Shown here in pieces: positions 42,311-52,087 of a stretch of 64,000 bases of DNA; positions within the stretch are counted from its first letter, which is position 1, and each line of letters begins with the position of its first letter. The notes under the pieces are model-generated. The model was given only the letters and a program-made list of their open reading frames with translations, ran no database searches and was not told the origin of the DNA. Source of the DNA: Phycisphaerales bacterium (lineage in GTDB: Bacteria; Planctomycetota; Phycisphaerae; UBA1845). A program made the position numbers and the translations under genes. The stretch lies in assembly GCA_020852275.1 (NCBI GenBank), contig JADZBE010000013.1, positions 200,650 to 264,649 on the forward strand, read 5' to 3'.

Positions 42311-42748
42311 TTATTGAACCGGGATCAGCGGCGGATCACAGCGAACTTGCAGCGGTTTGCGGGCGTTGCTGAACGACACCACCGTGATGTCGAAGGGAGC
42401 GTGATTGCGCACGGCGTGCCCGCACCCGGGCGGGATCAGAAACAATGCCGGGTCATCCGCGGTGATCCACTCCGAGCACGGCGTCGCATTATCGGGTGAC
42501 GTCCACACGAGTTGCGCCGGCCCGCCGCACACCTGCATCCATTCCGTTGAATCCGGATGCGCGTGGTTTCCGCGAACCGCGCCGGGCTTGACCGACACCA
42601 CGTGCAGACTCGCCGGACCGCCTCCATCCACGCCGGCCGCAACCAGCGGGTTCATCCCCCATCCTCGAGCGTCGCGCCACGTCTGCTCTGGACACACCAT
42701 GCGACGCACGCCGCCGGCTTGCAACGAACTCACGGTGATGCTGCTCAT
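42311..42748 (-). CDS. Cupin domain protein
   Basis: Likely start ATG 42748 (MSSITVSS). GAVRGNHAHPDSTEWMQV...PPGCGHAV is a two-motif cupin pattern. Confidence 0.75.
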   Translation of the reverse strand: MSSITVSSLQAGGVRRMVCPEQTWRDARGWGMNPLVAAGVDGGGPASLHVVSVKPGAVRGNHAHPDSTEWMQVCGGPAQLVWTSPDNATPCSEWITADDPALFLIPPGCGHAVRNHAPFDITVVSFSNARKPLQVRCDPPLIPVQ

Positions 42749-42808
42749 GTATTCCTTCGCGCCTGGCTCAAGCTCATATCCGAAGTCGCAGGACCAACGC
42801 CAGGAACT

Positions 42809-42871
42809 CGAAATCCGGAATCTGAAATCTGAAATCTGAAATCTCGAATCCGAAACCTGCGATCCGAAATC
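42809..42871. repeat. Heptamer tandem repeat (YGAAATC-like x9)
   Basis: CGAAATC CGGAATC TGAAATC TGAAATC TGAAATC TCGAATC CGAAACC TGCGATC CGAAATC. Confidence 0.92.
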
Positions 42872-42926
42872 GCCCGTCAATCCACGCCTGCTCCCGTCCT
42901 CGCCCCTTCTCCCCCCTCGCGCTCGC

Positions 42927-44171
42927 CTACTCTTCAACCCAGCCTCGAATGGTCACATACACGCGGCGCACGGACTTGGCCGCCGAATCATACTCGACGG
43001 TGATGCACAGTCTGCGGTGAACGGAACGCCTGGCCGGAAGGACTGCACCCTGCTCGACAGGATGCCCGAAGTAGACGCCGTCCCCGTCTTTCGCAGCGCC
43101 GATCGGCGCCAACCCCACGGACCCGAACCACGATTTCGGCGGCGCCTCCTGCGGACCCGCCTCCGGCGCCCAGCGGGACAGTCGCGACATGTCCTCCGCC
43201 GTCACGGTTTCGGCCACGACCGGCGCCGCCTGACGCCACGCCGCCGCAAACGCCGCCCCGTCGCCCCCTGCCACCGACGCCGAGCCTTGTGCCGCACCTC
43301 CTGCCGCGCCCTGTGCAGCACCTTGCGCCGCGCCGGGTGCCGCGCCCCGCTCCGCACCCGCCTCGAAACTTATCGGCAGGGGCGACATCTCCGGCACAAA
43401 GACAATTTCAATCCCGCCGGCCGTCCGTTTGCGCCAGTTCAGCACGGACCGGCTTGTCGAAACCTCATCGCCGATGACGATGTCGCCGCAGGACAACTCC
43501 GTCATCCCGCATTCCTCCCGCCGCACGATGTCCACGCGGGCGCTGTCCTCGCAGGGGCACACCACCTTCAGCTCACAGCATCGCGCCTCGCCCCGCACAT
43601 GCGCGATCAGCGCCATGCCCGCTTTCAATCCCTGATTGCCCCCGAGGCTCAGCTTCGCGAAACCGCCCTCCTCGAAGTTCACCACCGTCCCCGTCAGCGG
43701 TCGATCCAGCAGAAACGCCTTCCACTCCGGCGCAAGCTGGGGCATCCCGGTGACCGGCTTGTCCCAGTCCCCCGTTCGCAGCAGCGCGAACCCGGACGCT
43801 TCCCGCCGCGGTTCATCGCCGAAGTTGATCGCATTGCAGAACCGGATGAGCTTCCCTTCGGGAACAAGATAGCGCCGCGCGCCCCAATCGACGACGCGCC
43901 ATTCGACCGGCATCTTCGGGAACGGCTCCGTCGCCTCATCGTAAACCGGCGCAAGATTGATGCGCCCGTCGTTTTCCGTCCATGTTCCCTGATAGGCCCG
44001 CCCCGCGCCGCCGCGCGATTCATAGGTGAAGCGTGACTCGGTCAGGCGCAGGGCAACGCGGTCGCCGTCGACGCCGCCCACGTATTCGCCGATGGGAGCT
44101 TCGCCGACCGCCAGGAAACAGGCGACACACCATGCGAGAGGTTGCATTGTTCCGATCTTCAGCCACGTCAT
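42927..44171 (-). CDS. Hypothetical secreted protein with internal (G-A-A-Q)n repeat
   Basis: ORF 42927..44405; likely start ATG 44171 (MTWLKIGTMQPLAWCVACFLAVG, signal-like). No family recognised. Confidence 0.6.
   Translation of the reverse strand: MTWLKIGTMQPLAWCVACFLAVGEAPIGEYVGGVDGDRVALRLTESRFTYESRGGAGRAYQGTWTENDGRINLAPVYDEATEPFPKMPVEWRVVDWGARRYLVPEGKLIRFCNAINFGDEPRREASGFALLRTGDWDKPVTGMPQLAPEWKAFLLDRPLTGTVVNFEEGGFAKLSLGGNQGLKAGMALIAHVRGEARCCELKVVCPCEDSARVDIVRREECGMTELSCGDIVIGDEVSTSRSVLNWRKRTAGGIEIVFVPEMSPLPISFEAGAERGAAPGAAQGAAQGAAGGAAQGSASVAGGDGAAFAAAWRQAAPVVAETVTAEDMSRLSRWAPEAGPQEAPPKSWFGSVGLAPIGAAKDGDGVYFGHPVEQGAVLPARRSVHRRLCITVEYDSAAKSVRRVYVTIRGWVEE
43286..43357. repeat. 12-bp in-frame tandem repeat (about 6 units) inside the hypothetical CDS
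   Basis: CTTGTGCCGCAC CTCCTGCCGCGC CCTGTGCAGCAC CTTGCGCCGCGC CGGGTGCCGCGC CCCGCTCCGCAC. Encodes GAAPGAAQGAAQGAAGGAAQG on the minus strand. Confidence 0.75.
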
Positions 44172-44312
44172 GGCATGTGCCTCAGCGCTTCGGCGAACCA
44201 TCCCGCTCCGCGCGCCCGAACGAGCCTGGTCTGCCTTGGCCTTCAAGCCCCTGCAACGCCTGATCTTACGCCGGCCGCGCATCCGCGGCGAATGGCGCCA
44301 AGCCAGCGCGAC

Positions 44313-44341
44313 TTGTCGCATGCTCTGTTTCGACGCATAAT
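44313..44341 (+). promoter_or_regulatory. Candidate sigma70-type promoter for the zinc-ribbon gene
   Basis: TTGTCG (44313-44318), 17-nt spacer, CATAAT (44336-44341), about 65 nt upstream of ATG 44408. Sequence match only. Confidence 0.3.
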
Positions 44342-44407
44342 GCGCCGCATGGCGGCTGACCGTGGCCTGCGGGCCGCACGGCGGATTTGAAAGGACACCA
44401 ACCACAC

Positions 44408-45130
44408 ATGCCCGGCATCATCGAAGCGCTCCTGAAGCTTCAGGAGGTTCAGCTTGAAATCTTCGAGCTGAGGCAGGAGGAGGTCAGCCGCGAGAAGCGC
44501 ATCGCGCTGCACCGCAAGGAGCTGGAGAAGATCGACGCCCGCGCTGCGCAGCTCGATGTTGCCCTGCGGGACGCGAAATCCGCGGCTGCCCTTGGCGAGC
44601 TCGAGGTGAAGACCCGCGAGCAGAACATCGCCAAGCACCGCGAAGCGCTCAAACAGACCAAGACGAACAAGGAATACAACGCCATCCTCACCTCCCTCAA
44701 CACGGAAGAGGTGGACAAGGGCAAGTGCGAAAGCCGCGCGCTGGAACTCCTGGCGCAGTCCGATCAGCTCCGCACCCAGCGCGAAGAGGTCGAAAAGGAA
44801 CGGCAGGCCGTTTTGGAGCGCATCCGCCTCGTAGACGAAGCGCTGGCGGCGTATCGGAAGAAGACCGCGCCGCAGCGCCAGGCGCTGGAAGCGCGCCGGC
44901 TCGCCGCCTGCGAGGGCATCCCCGCCCCTGCCCTGATCACCTTCGACCGCGTGGCCGAACGGCACGAAGGCGCGGCCATGGCGCAGGTCGTCAAGATCCA
45001 CCCCAAGCGTGAGGAGTACTGCTGCGGCGGTTGCCACATCAAGGTCACGCTCGAAGTCATCAGCTCCCTGCGCAGCCGGGACGACCTGCAATTCTGCTCG
45101 GCCTGCGGGCGCATCTTCTACGCGGGTTGA
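44408..45130 (+). CDS. Coiled-coil plus C4 zinc-ribbon protein (COG1579/DUF164-like)
   Basis: Likely start ATG 44408. Long coiled coil, NKEYNAILTSLNTE motif, C-terminal CCGGC...CSACGRIFY zinc ribbon. Confidence 0.8.
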   Translation: MPGIIEALLKLQEVQLEIFELRQEEVSREKRIALHRKELEKIDARAAQLDVALRDAKSAAALGELEVKTREQNIAKHREALKQTKTNKEYNAILTSLNTEEVDKGKCESRALELLAQSDQLRTQREEVEKERQAVLERIRLVDEALAAYRKKTAPQRQALEARRLAACEGIPAPALITFDRVAERHEGAAMAQVVKIHPKREEYCCGGCHIKVTLEVISSLRSRDDLQFCSACGRIFYAG

Positions 45131-45275
45131 GTCGCGATGGCGGCGGCAGCGATCTGCGGGCTTCAATTCGCACGGCTACTCGGACATGAAAGCGCCGCTC
45201 GCGCCGGCGACGTCCCGCGAACTCGCAGCGCACGGTTGGCCCTCCGCGCTGAGCCGGCCCTCCAGCTTGCCGAGT

Positions 45276-45707
45276 TCAGCAACCCGCCTGAAGGAAGCGC
45301 CGGTATGAATCGCCCATCTCGCGCGCCGCCCCCTGCGGATACGCGCCGGCGTTCCAGCGATATCCCAGGCCGTCGCCCGACCGGCGCGGAATCAAATGAA
45401 AGTGCACGTGCTGCACAACCTGACCCGCATCGCTCCCGTTGTTCTGCAACAGGTTGAACGCGGGCGCCGATGCAGTCTGCATCAGCGCGGCCCCGAGGCG
45501 CGGAACCACGGACGCAAGGGCCCCGATCACCGCGGGCGGCGCCTGCGTCACCAGGGCGTAATGATCCACCGGAATCACCAGCAGGTGACCCGGCGCCAGC
45601 GGATTCACATCGAGAAACGCGACGCAGAACTCGTCGCGGTAGACAATCTCCGCGGGAATCTCACCCTTGGCGATGCGACAGAAAATGCAGGTCGGATCGG
45701 TTGGCAT
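45276..45707 (-). CDS. HIT family (histidine triad) nucleotide hydrolase
   Basis: CIFCRIAKGEIPAEIVYRDE, NPLAPGHLLVIP, QVVQHVHFHLIPR histidine triad. Confidence 0.92.
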   Translation of the reverse strand: MPTDPTCIFCRIAKGEIPAEIVYRDEFCVAFLDVNPLAPGHLLVIPVDHYALVTQAPPAVIGALASVVPRLGAALMQTASAPAFNLLQNNGSDAGQVVQHVHFHLIPRRSGDGLGYRWNAGAYPQGAAREMGDSYRRFLQAGC

Positions 45708-45907
45708 GGCGGCAATCTCCAGGAGCCGGACGCCACCTTACCCGCGAGGCCAACACGGAGCAAAGCACCGAAGGCGGACGCCGCGCCGAGACGACTCCAC
45801 AGCGCAGCAGCTTCGTGCAGGAACGGAACGGTCTGGCGCACGGGTCGGCATGGGAACCGCTGCGAATTCGCGGAAGTGCCGCTCAGCCCGTGGTGGAACG
45901 GAGTGCC

Positions 45908-46010
45908 CGTCATTCCCGCGAAGGCGGGAATCCAGCCGGCGGTTTCAGACGAGGCGCGAATCCGACACGTTTGCGGAGCGGACTGGACCCCCGCCTGCGC
46001 GGGGGTGACG
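45908..46010. mobile_element. MITE-like 103-bp element with ~21-bp imperfect terminal inverted repeats
   Basis: Left end CGTCATTCCCGCGAAGGCGGG; right end reverse complement CGTCACCCCCGCGCAGGCGGG (17/21 match). Internal part matches 15158-15258. No transposase in the window. Confidence 0.5.
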
Positions 46011-46046
46011 CTCCTCATGCCCGGTTTCGGGCTGCACGCCGGACTG

Positions 46047-46682
46047 CTACGCCTTGGCCGCGCCCTTGACCACCTTGACCGCGGCGGCATAGCGGGCGTC
46101 CGTGCGGCGCTTGCGGGCGCTGCGCTTCGGCTTGGCGAGCGAGCCGGGACCGGTCTCATCCCCGACCAGTTGCAGGATCGCCAGCGGGCTGTGGTCGCCG
46201 ACGCGGCGGTCCGCCAGCTTGATGACCCGCGTGTAGCCGCCGGGCCGATCCGCGAACTTCGGGGCAATCACCTCGATCAGCCGGTGCAGGACGGACTCGC
46301 CGGTAAACGCCAGCCGACCCTTGGGCTCGCCGGTGCGGTAGCGGCGACCGCTGGCGGACTGCAGGGTTGCAAGGCGGTGCGCGTCGCTCATGTTGGCGTA
46401 GTCACTGCGGTGGGCTTCCGGGACGATCGAGCGGTCGCTGAGGTGCTTGTGCAGTTGCCGGCGCGCCCGCAGGCTGGCGGGCGCATTCTGCTTCTTCCCC
46501 GCGGCGTGGGCACGCTTCGCCAGCGTGATCATCTTCTCCACGAAAGGCCGCAAGTCCTTGGCCTTGGGAAGCGTCGTGCGGATGCTGCCGTGCTCGACGA
46601 GGTTCTGCACCATGTTGCGGCGCAGCGCCGAACGGTGCTCCTTCGTGCGGTTGAATTTCCGATGTGCAACGCGATGTCTCAT
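46047..46682 (-). CDS. rplQ: 50S ribosomal protein L17 (with long basic C-terminal extension)
   Basis: MRHRVAHRKFNRTKEHRSALRRNM N-terminus. Last gene of the alpha operon. 211 aa. Confidence 0.95.
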   Translation of the reverse strand: MRHRVAHRKFNRTKEHRSALRRNMVQNLVEHGSIRTTLPKAKDLRPFVEKMITLAKRAHAAGKKQNAPASLRARRQLHKHLSDRSIVPEAHRSDYANMSDAHRLATLQSASGRRYRTGEPKGRLAFTGESVLHRLIEVIAPKFADRPGGYTRVIKLADRRVGDHSPLAILQLVGDETGPGSLAKPKRSARKRRTDARYAAAVKVVKGAAKA

Positions 46683-46789
46683 GGTCTCTCAACTCTCTCA
46701 GCAAACCGCCTCGCCGCACGCCCCGCCGCCCCGATCAGGGCGAACGCTCCACGCCCCGTCGATCGGCGCGCGGCAGGATAACGCCGCCC

Positions 46790-46833
46790 CGCTCCGTCAC
46801 CGCTCCGTCACCGCTCCGTCACCGCTCCCGCGC
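46790..46833. repeat. 11-bp tandem repeat (CGCTCCGTCAC x3 plus a partial) in the rpoA-rplQ spacer
   Basis: Units at 46790-46800, 46801-46811, 46812-46822; degenerate 46823-46833. Confidence 0.9.
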
Positions 46834-46844
46834 TCGCGCCTCCG

Positions 46845-47978
46845 TCAGGACGTCACGCCCACGTCGCCGGCCACATGATGCTCTTCGCCCGATCCCGCGC
46901 CCTGCCCGCCCAGGTCCCGCATGGGCAGATGCGCCGTCGGCAGCCGACTCATCACCGGATTGCCCAGCGGCGGCGGCGGTGGCGCGGGAGTGTCGGTTGT
47001 ACTCATACCCAGACTCAGGCCGAGGTCCAGCAGGCGCTTCTTCACTTCCGTCAAGGAGGTCTTGCCGAAGCTGCGCAGATTCAGCAGATCCGTTTCGGTC
47101 ATCGACACCAACTGCCGGATCACCGTGATGCGCGCTGAATCCAGACAGTTGCTCGCCCGCGCCGAAAGCTCGAGCGTGGACAGCGGGCGATCCAGAATGC
47201 CCGCCAGTTCCGAACTGACCGGAGTGGACGCCACCGCCGGACGCTTCACGCTCGAAACCATGTCCGAGCCGGGAAGCTCGTACTGCACGAACGGGTTGAG
47301 GTGCTTGCGCAGGATTTTCGCGGCTTCCACCACGGCCTGCTCCGGCGAGGTCGTGCCGCGCGTCCACACCTCCAGAATGAGCCGATCGTAATTCGTGAGC
47401 TGGCCGACGCGGGTGTCCTCGGTGCGGTACCGCACGCGAAGCACGGGCGAGTAGATCGAATCCACCGCGATCGCCCCCAACTCGGCGTCCACGTTGCGAT
47501 TGTCGTCCGCCGGCGCGTAGCCGCGCCCCATCCCGATCTTCATTTCCAGCTTGAACGACACGTGCGAGGTCAGCGTGCAAATGAGCTGGTCGGGATTGGT
47601 GATTTCGATGCCCGCGGAGCACTCAATGTCGCCGGCGCGAATCTCCCCCGCTTTCTCGCGGCTGACGTGGACGGTCGCCACGGCTTCCCCAAGGTCTGCT
47701 TTCACGACGATCCGCTTGACGTTCAGCACAATGTCGGTCACGTCCTCGAGCACGCCCTCGATGCTGGAGAACTCGTGCGACGCGCCCTGAATGCGGACCG
47801 AGCGCACCGCGGCGCCCTCGAGGCTGGACAGCAGCACCCGGCGCATGGAGTTGCCGATCGTCGTGCCGAAGCCCCGCTCGAACGGCTCAATGATGAATTT
47901 CCCGTACGTTTCGGTGCTCGCCGCGTCGTCCTTGGCCAGACGAGCCGGCAACTCGAAACCGCGCCACATGATGCGCAT
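46845..47978 (-). CDS. rpoA: DNA-directed RNA polymerase subunit alpha
   Basis: YGKFIIEPFERGFGTTIGNSMRRVLLSSLEGAAV N-terminal domain. C-terminal domain LSARASNCLDSARITVIRQLV. Confidence 0.97.
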   Translation of the reverse strand: MRIMWRGFELPARLAKDDAASTETYGKFIIEPFERGFGTTIGNSMRRVLLSSLEGAAVRSVRIQGASHEFSSIEGVLEDVTDIVLNVKRIVVKADLGEAVATVHVSREKAGEIRAGDIECSAGIEITNPDQLICTLTSHVSFKLEMKIGMGRGYAPADDNRNVDAELGAIAVDSIYSPVLRVRYRTEDTRVGQLTNYDRLILEVWTRGTTSPEQAVVEAAKILRKHLNPFVQYELPGSDMVSSVKRPAVASTPVSSELAGILDRPLSTLELSARASNCLDSARITVIRQLVSMTETDLLNLRSFGKTSLTEVKKRLLDLGLSLGMSTTDTPAPPPPPLGNPVMSRLPTAHLPMRDLGGQGAGSGEEHHVAGDVGVTS

Positions 47979-48049
47979 CGGGTCAACCTCCTGAAATCCC
48001 GGCGTCGCGCGACCCGCGCCGCCCTTCTAATCCACTGCCGCAAGGACGA

Positions 48050-48679
48050 TTAACGACTGCAGAACTCGATGATGAGCTGATCCTCGACCGGAATCTGCAC
48101 ATCCTCGCGCGTTGGCAGCGACACCACCGTGCCCTCAAGGTTGTTGCGATCCAGTTGCAGCCACTCCTGCATCTGCGGCACGCCGTCGCCCAGCGTGCGA
48201 TCCACCAGCTTGCGGCTGCGTTCCGCCGGCTTGACGCTGACCTTGTCGCCGGAACGCACCAAGTAGCTCGGCTTGTTCACGCGCCGACCGTTCACGTAAA
48301 TGTGCCCGTGCGTGATCAGTTGACGGCTGGCCTTGTGCGACGCGGCAAACCCCAGCTTCCACACGACGTTGTCCAGCCGCCGCTCCAGCAGCGAGAGCAG
48401 CGTCTCGCCGGTGTTGGTCTTGCCCTTCTCCGCCATGGCGAAGTAGATGGCGAACTGTTTCTCGAACACGCCGTAGTAGCGCTTCACCTTCTGCTTCTCG
48501 CGCAGGCGCATTCCGTAGTTGCCCGCGGCGCGACGACGCCAGGCGTGCATGCCCGGCGGCTTGTTGCGCCACTGCTTCTCCATCGCACACTTGGCCGTCT
48601 CGCACCGCACGCCTTTGAGCATCAGCTTGATGCCCTCGCGCCGGCACAGTCGGCACACCGGTCCCAGATAACGTGACAT
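48050..48679 (-). CDS. rpsD: 30S ribosomal protein S4
   Basis: MSRYLGPVCRLCRREGIKLMLKG; S4 domain. Confidence 0.97.
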   Translation of the reverse strand: MSRYLGPVCRLCRREGIKLMLKGVRCETAKCAMEKQWRNKPPGMHAWRRRAAGNYGMRLREKQKVKRYYGVFEKQFAIYFAMAEKGKTNTGETLLSLLERRLDNVVWKLGFAASHKASRQLITHGHIYVNGRRVNKPSYLVRSGDKVSVKPAERSRKLVDRTLGDGVPQMQEWLQLDRNNLEGTVVSLPTREDVQIPVEDQLIIEFCSR

Positions 48680-48817
48680 CGTGTTTCCTGCGTGTCCTGA
48701 ATCTTGCTCAACAATAGCCAGCGCCGCCGGCCGCTCCCGCCCGCTCCCGGCGCCTCATGTCGTCCGCATTCCAAGCGGCGGGGCCCCAGGCTCCAGCCCG
48801 CCGACTGCACCTCATCG

Positions 48818-49204
48818 TCACACCCGGCGCCGCTTCCTCGGGCGGCAGCCGTTGTGCGGCAGCGGCGTCACGTCCTCGATGGACTGAATCCGCAATCCGC
48901 CGCTTTGCAGCGCCGTGATCGCCGACTCGCGCCCGCCGCCCGGTCCCTTCACCCGGACTTCAACCTCGCTCATGCCGTACTTTCGGGCAGCTTGCGCGGC
49001 GCGCTCGGCCGCGCGCTGCGCGGCAAACGGCGTGCTCTTGCGCGTCCCCTTGAAGCCCACGGTGCCGGCCGACGACCAGCACAGAACCTCTCCGCTGACG
49101 TCCGTAATCGTCACCAGCGTGTTGTTGAACGACGCCTTCACGTGCGCGATCCCGCGGGACACGCTGCGTCGCACCTTCTTTTTGCCGCCTGCTCGTTTAG
49201 CCAC
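48818..49204 (-). CDS. rpsK: 30S ribosomal protein S11
   Basis: [32 protein letters not shown]. Confidence 0.97.
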   Translation of the reverse strand: MAKRAGGKKKVRRSVSRGIAHVKASFNNTLVTITDVSGEVLCWSSAGTVGFKGTRKSTPFAAQRAAERAAQAARKYGMSEVEVRVKGPGGGRESAITALQSGGLRIQSIEDVTPLPHNGCRPRKRRRV

Positions 49205-49586
49205 GACCCAGCTCCTTCACGCCCTTCTTGCCCGCCACCGTCTTGCGCGGCCCCTTGCGCGTCCGCGCGTTGGTCCGCGTTCGCTGACCCCGAACCGGCA
49301 GACCCGCCCGATGCCGCCAGCCGCGATAGCAGCGGATGTCCCGCAGCCGCGCGATGTTGCTCTGAACCGACCGGCGTAGCTGGCCTTCCACCTGATGGTC
49401 GCGGTCGAGGATCGTCGCGATGCGCGACACGTCGTCCTCGGTCAGATCCTTCGCCTTCCGCGCCGGATCAATGCCGGCCTCCTTGAGCACCAGCCGGGCC
49501 GTGTAATGACCCACGCCAAAAATGTACTGAAGCGCGTATTCGATGCGCTTGTCCGACGGAATATCAACACCGGAAATACGCGGCAC
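49197..49586 (-). CDS. rpsM: 30S ribosomal protein S13
   Basis: GTG 49586 preceded by [32 protein letters not shown]. The track ORF 49197..49949 over-extends 5'. Confidence 0.93.
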   Translation of the reverse strand: MPRISGVDIPSDKRIEYALQYIFGVGHYTARLVLKEAGIDPARKAKDLTEDDVSRIATILDRDHQVEGQLRRSVQSNIARLRDIRCYRGWRHRAGLPVRGQRTRTNARTRKGPRKTVAGKKGVKELGRG

Positions 49587-49600
49587 CGCCGTTCTCCTTT

Positions 49601-49714
49601 TCAGCCTTGACGCTGCTTGTGGCGCGGATTGGTGCAGATGACCCGCACCACTCCGCGGCGCTTGATGACCTTGCAGTTTTCGCAGATGCGTCGCACGCTC
49701 GCCCGCACTTTCAT
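49601..49714 (-). CDS. rpmJ: 50S ribosomal protein L36
   Basis: Hand translation [37 protein letters not shown] (37 aa, below the ORF-track cutoff). Confidence 0.95.
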   Translation of the reverse strand: MKVRASVRRICENCKVIKRRGVVRVICTNPRHKQRQG

Positions 49715-49813
49715 GACCGCTCCCCTTTACCGACAACCTCGAAGCCCGCTTCGCCGCTCCCGCGACATCGCGACCGCTTCCGCACCCGCTTGGCGGGGTG
49801 CAACCGCTCCACG

Positions 49814-50620
49814 CTACCAGCCGGAACCGTCCTCGCCGAGCGTCAGCACCTCGCAACCCGTTTCCGTCACCGCAACCGTGTGCTCGTAATGGGCCGCCGG
49901 CTTGCCGTCGCGCGTCCGCACCGTCCACTTGTCCTTGTCCGCGTAGCACACCTCGTGCGTGCCGAGGTTCACCATCGGCTCCACCGCGATCACCAGCCGC
50001 GGAACCAGCAGAAAGTCCATGTCCCTCCGCTTGCGGTCCCAGTAGTTGGGGACCTTCGGCTCCTCGTGCATTCCGCGCCCGATGCCGTGACCCACGAAGT
50101 CGCGCACCACGCCCATCTTGGCCGATTCAACCTTCGCCTGCAGTTGCCGCGCGATCTCGCTCCACCGCCGACCCGGCCGGATCTCCCGGATCGCCAGAAG
50201 CAGCGTCTCATGCGCCGTGCGCATCAGCCGCTGCACTTCTGGTTTGACCTCCCCCACCGCGATCGTCAGCGCCGCGTCGCCGCAATAGCCTTCAAGCTGC
50301 ACGCCGCAGTCCAGACTGACGATGTCGCCCTCCCGCAACGGGATCCGGTTCGGAATCCCGTGCACCACGGCCTCGTTCACGCTCGTACACAGGGCCGCAG
50401 GAAAGGGGTACTTCGCCTCCTTGTTCACCACGCCCTTGAAAAGCGCCTTGGCGCCGGCCTCGGCGATCATCTTCTCCGCCAGATCGTTGAGGTCCGCCGT
50501 CGACACCCCGGGTCGCGTGACCTTGCGCGCTTCCGTCAGGACCTTGTTCACCAGCAGCCCCGCCCGGCGCATCATCCCGATTTCGCGTTCGCTCTTAAGG
50601 ATGATGCCCTGACGTCCCAT
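49814..50620 (-). CDS. map: Type I methionine aminopeptidase
   Basis: [37 protein letters not shown] metal-ligand motifs. Start ATG 50620, or GTG 50716 (GTGA overlap with the secY stop). Confidence 0.93.
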   Translation of the reverse strand: MGRQGIILKSEREIGMMRRAGLLVNKVLTEARKVTRPGVSTADLNDLAEKMIAEAGAKALFKGVVNKEAKYPFPAALCTSVNEAVVHGIPNRIPLREGDIVSLDCGVQLEGYCGDAALTIAVGEVKPEVQRLMRTAHETLLLAIREIRPGRRWSEIARQLQAKVESAKMGVVRDFVGHGIGRGMHEEPKVPNYWDRKRRDMDFLLVPRLVIAVEPMVNLGTHEVCYADKDKWTVRTRDGKPAAHYEHTVAVTETGCEVLTLGEDGSGW

Positions 50621-50712
50621 GTCCCTCGCCGGCTCGGGGATCTGCTCGGCACGCTCGTCCGGGATGCGCCCGCCCTGCGGGTGCCCGCCCGCCGCCCTGA
50701 CCGTCGCCTGCG

Positions 50713-52083
50713 TCACGTATCACGCTCGCCGCGGATCGGTCCCGAGCCGCCCAAGAACCCCGGGTAGTTCCGCATGATCAAGTTCGCCTCGATGCGCTGC
50801 ACCAGGTCGAGCGCCACGCTGACCACGATCAGCAAACCTGTCCCTCCCAGGAACGCCGACACCATGAAGGGCACCTTAAGCTGCTGCGCCACCAAGGTGG
50901 GGATCAGAGCAATCAACGCCAGGAAACCCGCGCCGACGTAGGTGATCCTCGCCATGACCCGATCCAGGTAGTCCGCGGTGCGCTTGCCCGGCCGGAGGCC
51001 GGGAATGAAGCTCCCGCCGTCGCGCAGGCTGTTGGCCATGTCCTTGGGTCGAAACTGCACGCTCGTCCAGAAGTACGCGAAAAAGTACACCAAAGCGACG
51101 TAGCTCACAATATACGGGAAGGACCCGCTTTGGAACCATTCCGTCAGGTACCGCAGCGTGCGGACCGTGGGAAACGCCGACGAAAGCCCGCTCAGCAGCA
51201 TCTGCGGGAAAATCAGCAGCGTGCTGGCGAAAATGATCGGCATCACCCCGCCGTGGTTGACGCGCAGCGGCAGGTACTGGCGCTGACCTCCGAACACGCG
51301 GCGACCGCGCGTCTGTTTGGCCTGCTGAATCGGAATGCGGCGCTGACCCTGCGTAATCAGGATCGACGCGGCAATGACACCCACGAACGCCACCAAGAGG
51401 AACAGAATCTTCGCCGGGTCCATCTTCGTCGAATCACTGCTGCCGAACTGAGCCGTGGCGTTGTTCCAGATGTACCCCAGCGCCGTGGGCATCCGCGAAA
51501 CAATGCCCGCCATGATGATCAGCGAGATGCCGTTGCCGATGCCGTACTCGTCAATCTGCTCACCCAGCCACATCATGAACAACGTGCCGCTGGTCAGCAC
51601 GATCAGCGACATGGCGCAGTACGAAAACGTCATGCCGAAGAACCCGCCCTGCAGATCCGGGTAAATGTAGTTCTGCGCGGCCAGGTACCGCATCCAAACC
51701 AGCGCTTGGAACATGCACAGGCCCACGGTGGCGTAACGCTGGTATTCGTTGATCTTCCTCATGCCCGACTGTCCTTCCTTCGACAGCCGCTCCAGCGAGG
51801 GAATGACGGGCATCAGCAACTGAAAGATGATCGACGCCGAGATGTACGGCATGATGCCCAGACCGAAGATCGTGCTCTGCGACAGATTGCCGCCCGTGAA
51901 AAGCTGAAAGTAGTCCGCCAGCCCGCCGAGGTTGCCCATGCCCGACATGGCCTTCTGGTCCACGCCCGGGACGGGAATGACGAACCCCACGCGGTAGATC
52001 ATGAGCAGACCGACGGTGAAGAGGATCTTGTTCCTCAACTCCGGGATCTTGAAAACATTGATGAACGCTCGGAGAATGTTCAC
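50713..52083 (-). CDS. secY: Preprotein translocase subunit SecY
   Basis: IPELRNKILFTVGLLMIYRVG, GIMPYISASI, 10 TM layout. Start GTG 52083, 5 nt after the rplO stop (the track start 52122 would overlap rplO). Confidence 0.95.
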   Translation of the reverse strand: MNILRAFINVFKIPELRNKILFTVGLLMIYRVGFVIPVPGVDQKAMSGMGNLGGLADYFQLFTGGNLSQSTIFGLGIMPYISASIIFQLLMPVIPSLERLSKEGQSGMRKINEYQRYATVGLCMFQALVWMRYLAAQNYIYPDLQGGFFGMTFSYCAMSLIVLTSGTLFMMWLGEQIDEYGIGNGISLIIMAGIVSRMPTALGYIWNNATAQFGSSDSTKMDPAKILFLLVAFVGVIAASILITQGQRRIPIQQAKQTRGRRVFGGQRQYLPLRVNHGGVMPIIFASTLLIFPQMLLSGLSSAFPTVRTLRYLTEWFQSGSFPYIVSYVALVYFFAYFWTSVQFRPKDMANSLRDGGSFIPGLRPGKRTADYLDRVMARITYVGAGFLALIALIPTLVAQQLKVPFMVSAFLGGTGLLIVVSVALDLVQRIEANLIMRNYPGFLGGSGPIRGERDT

Positions 52084-52087
52084 GCCT

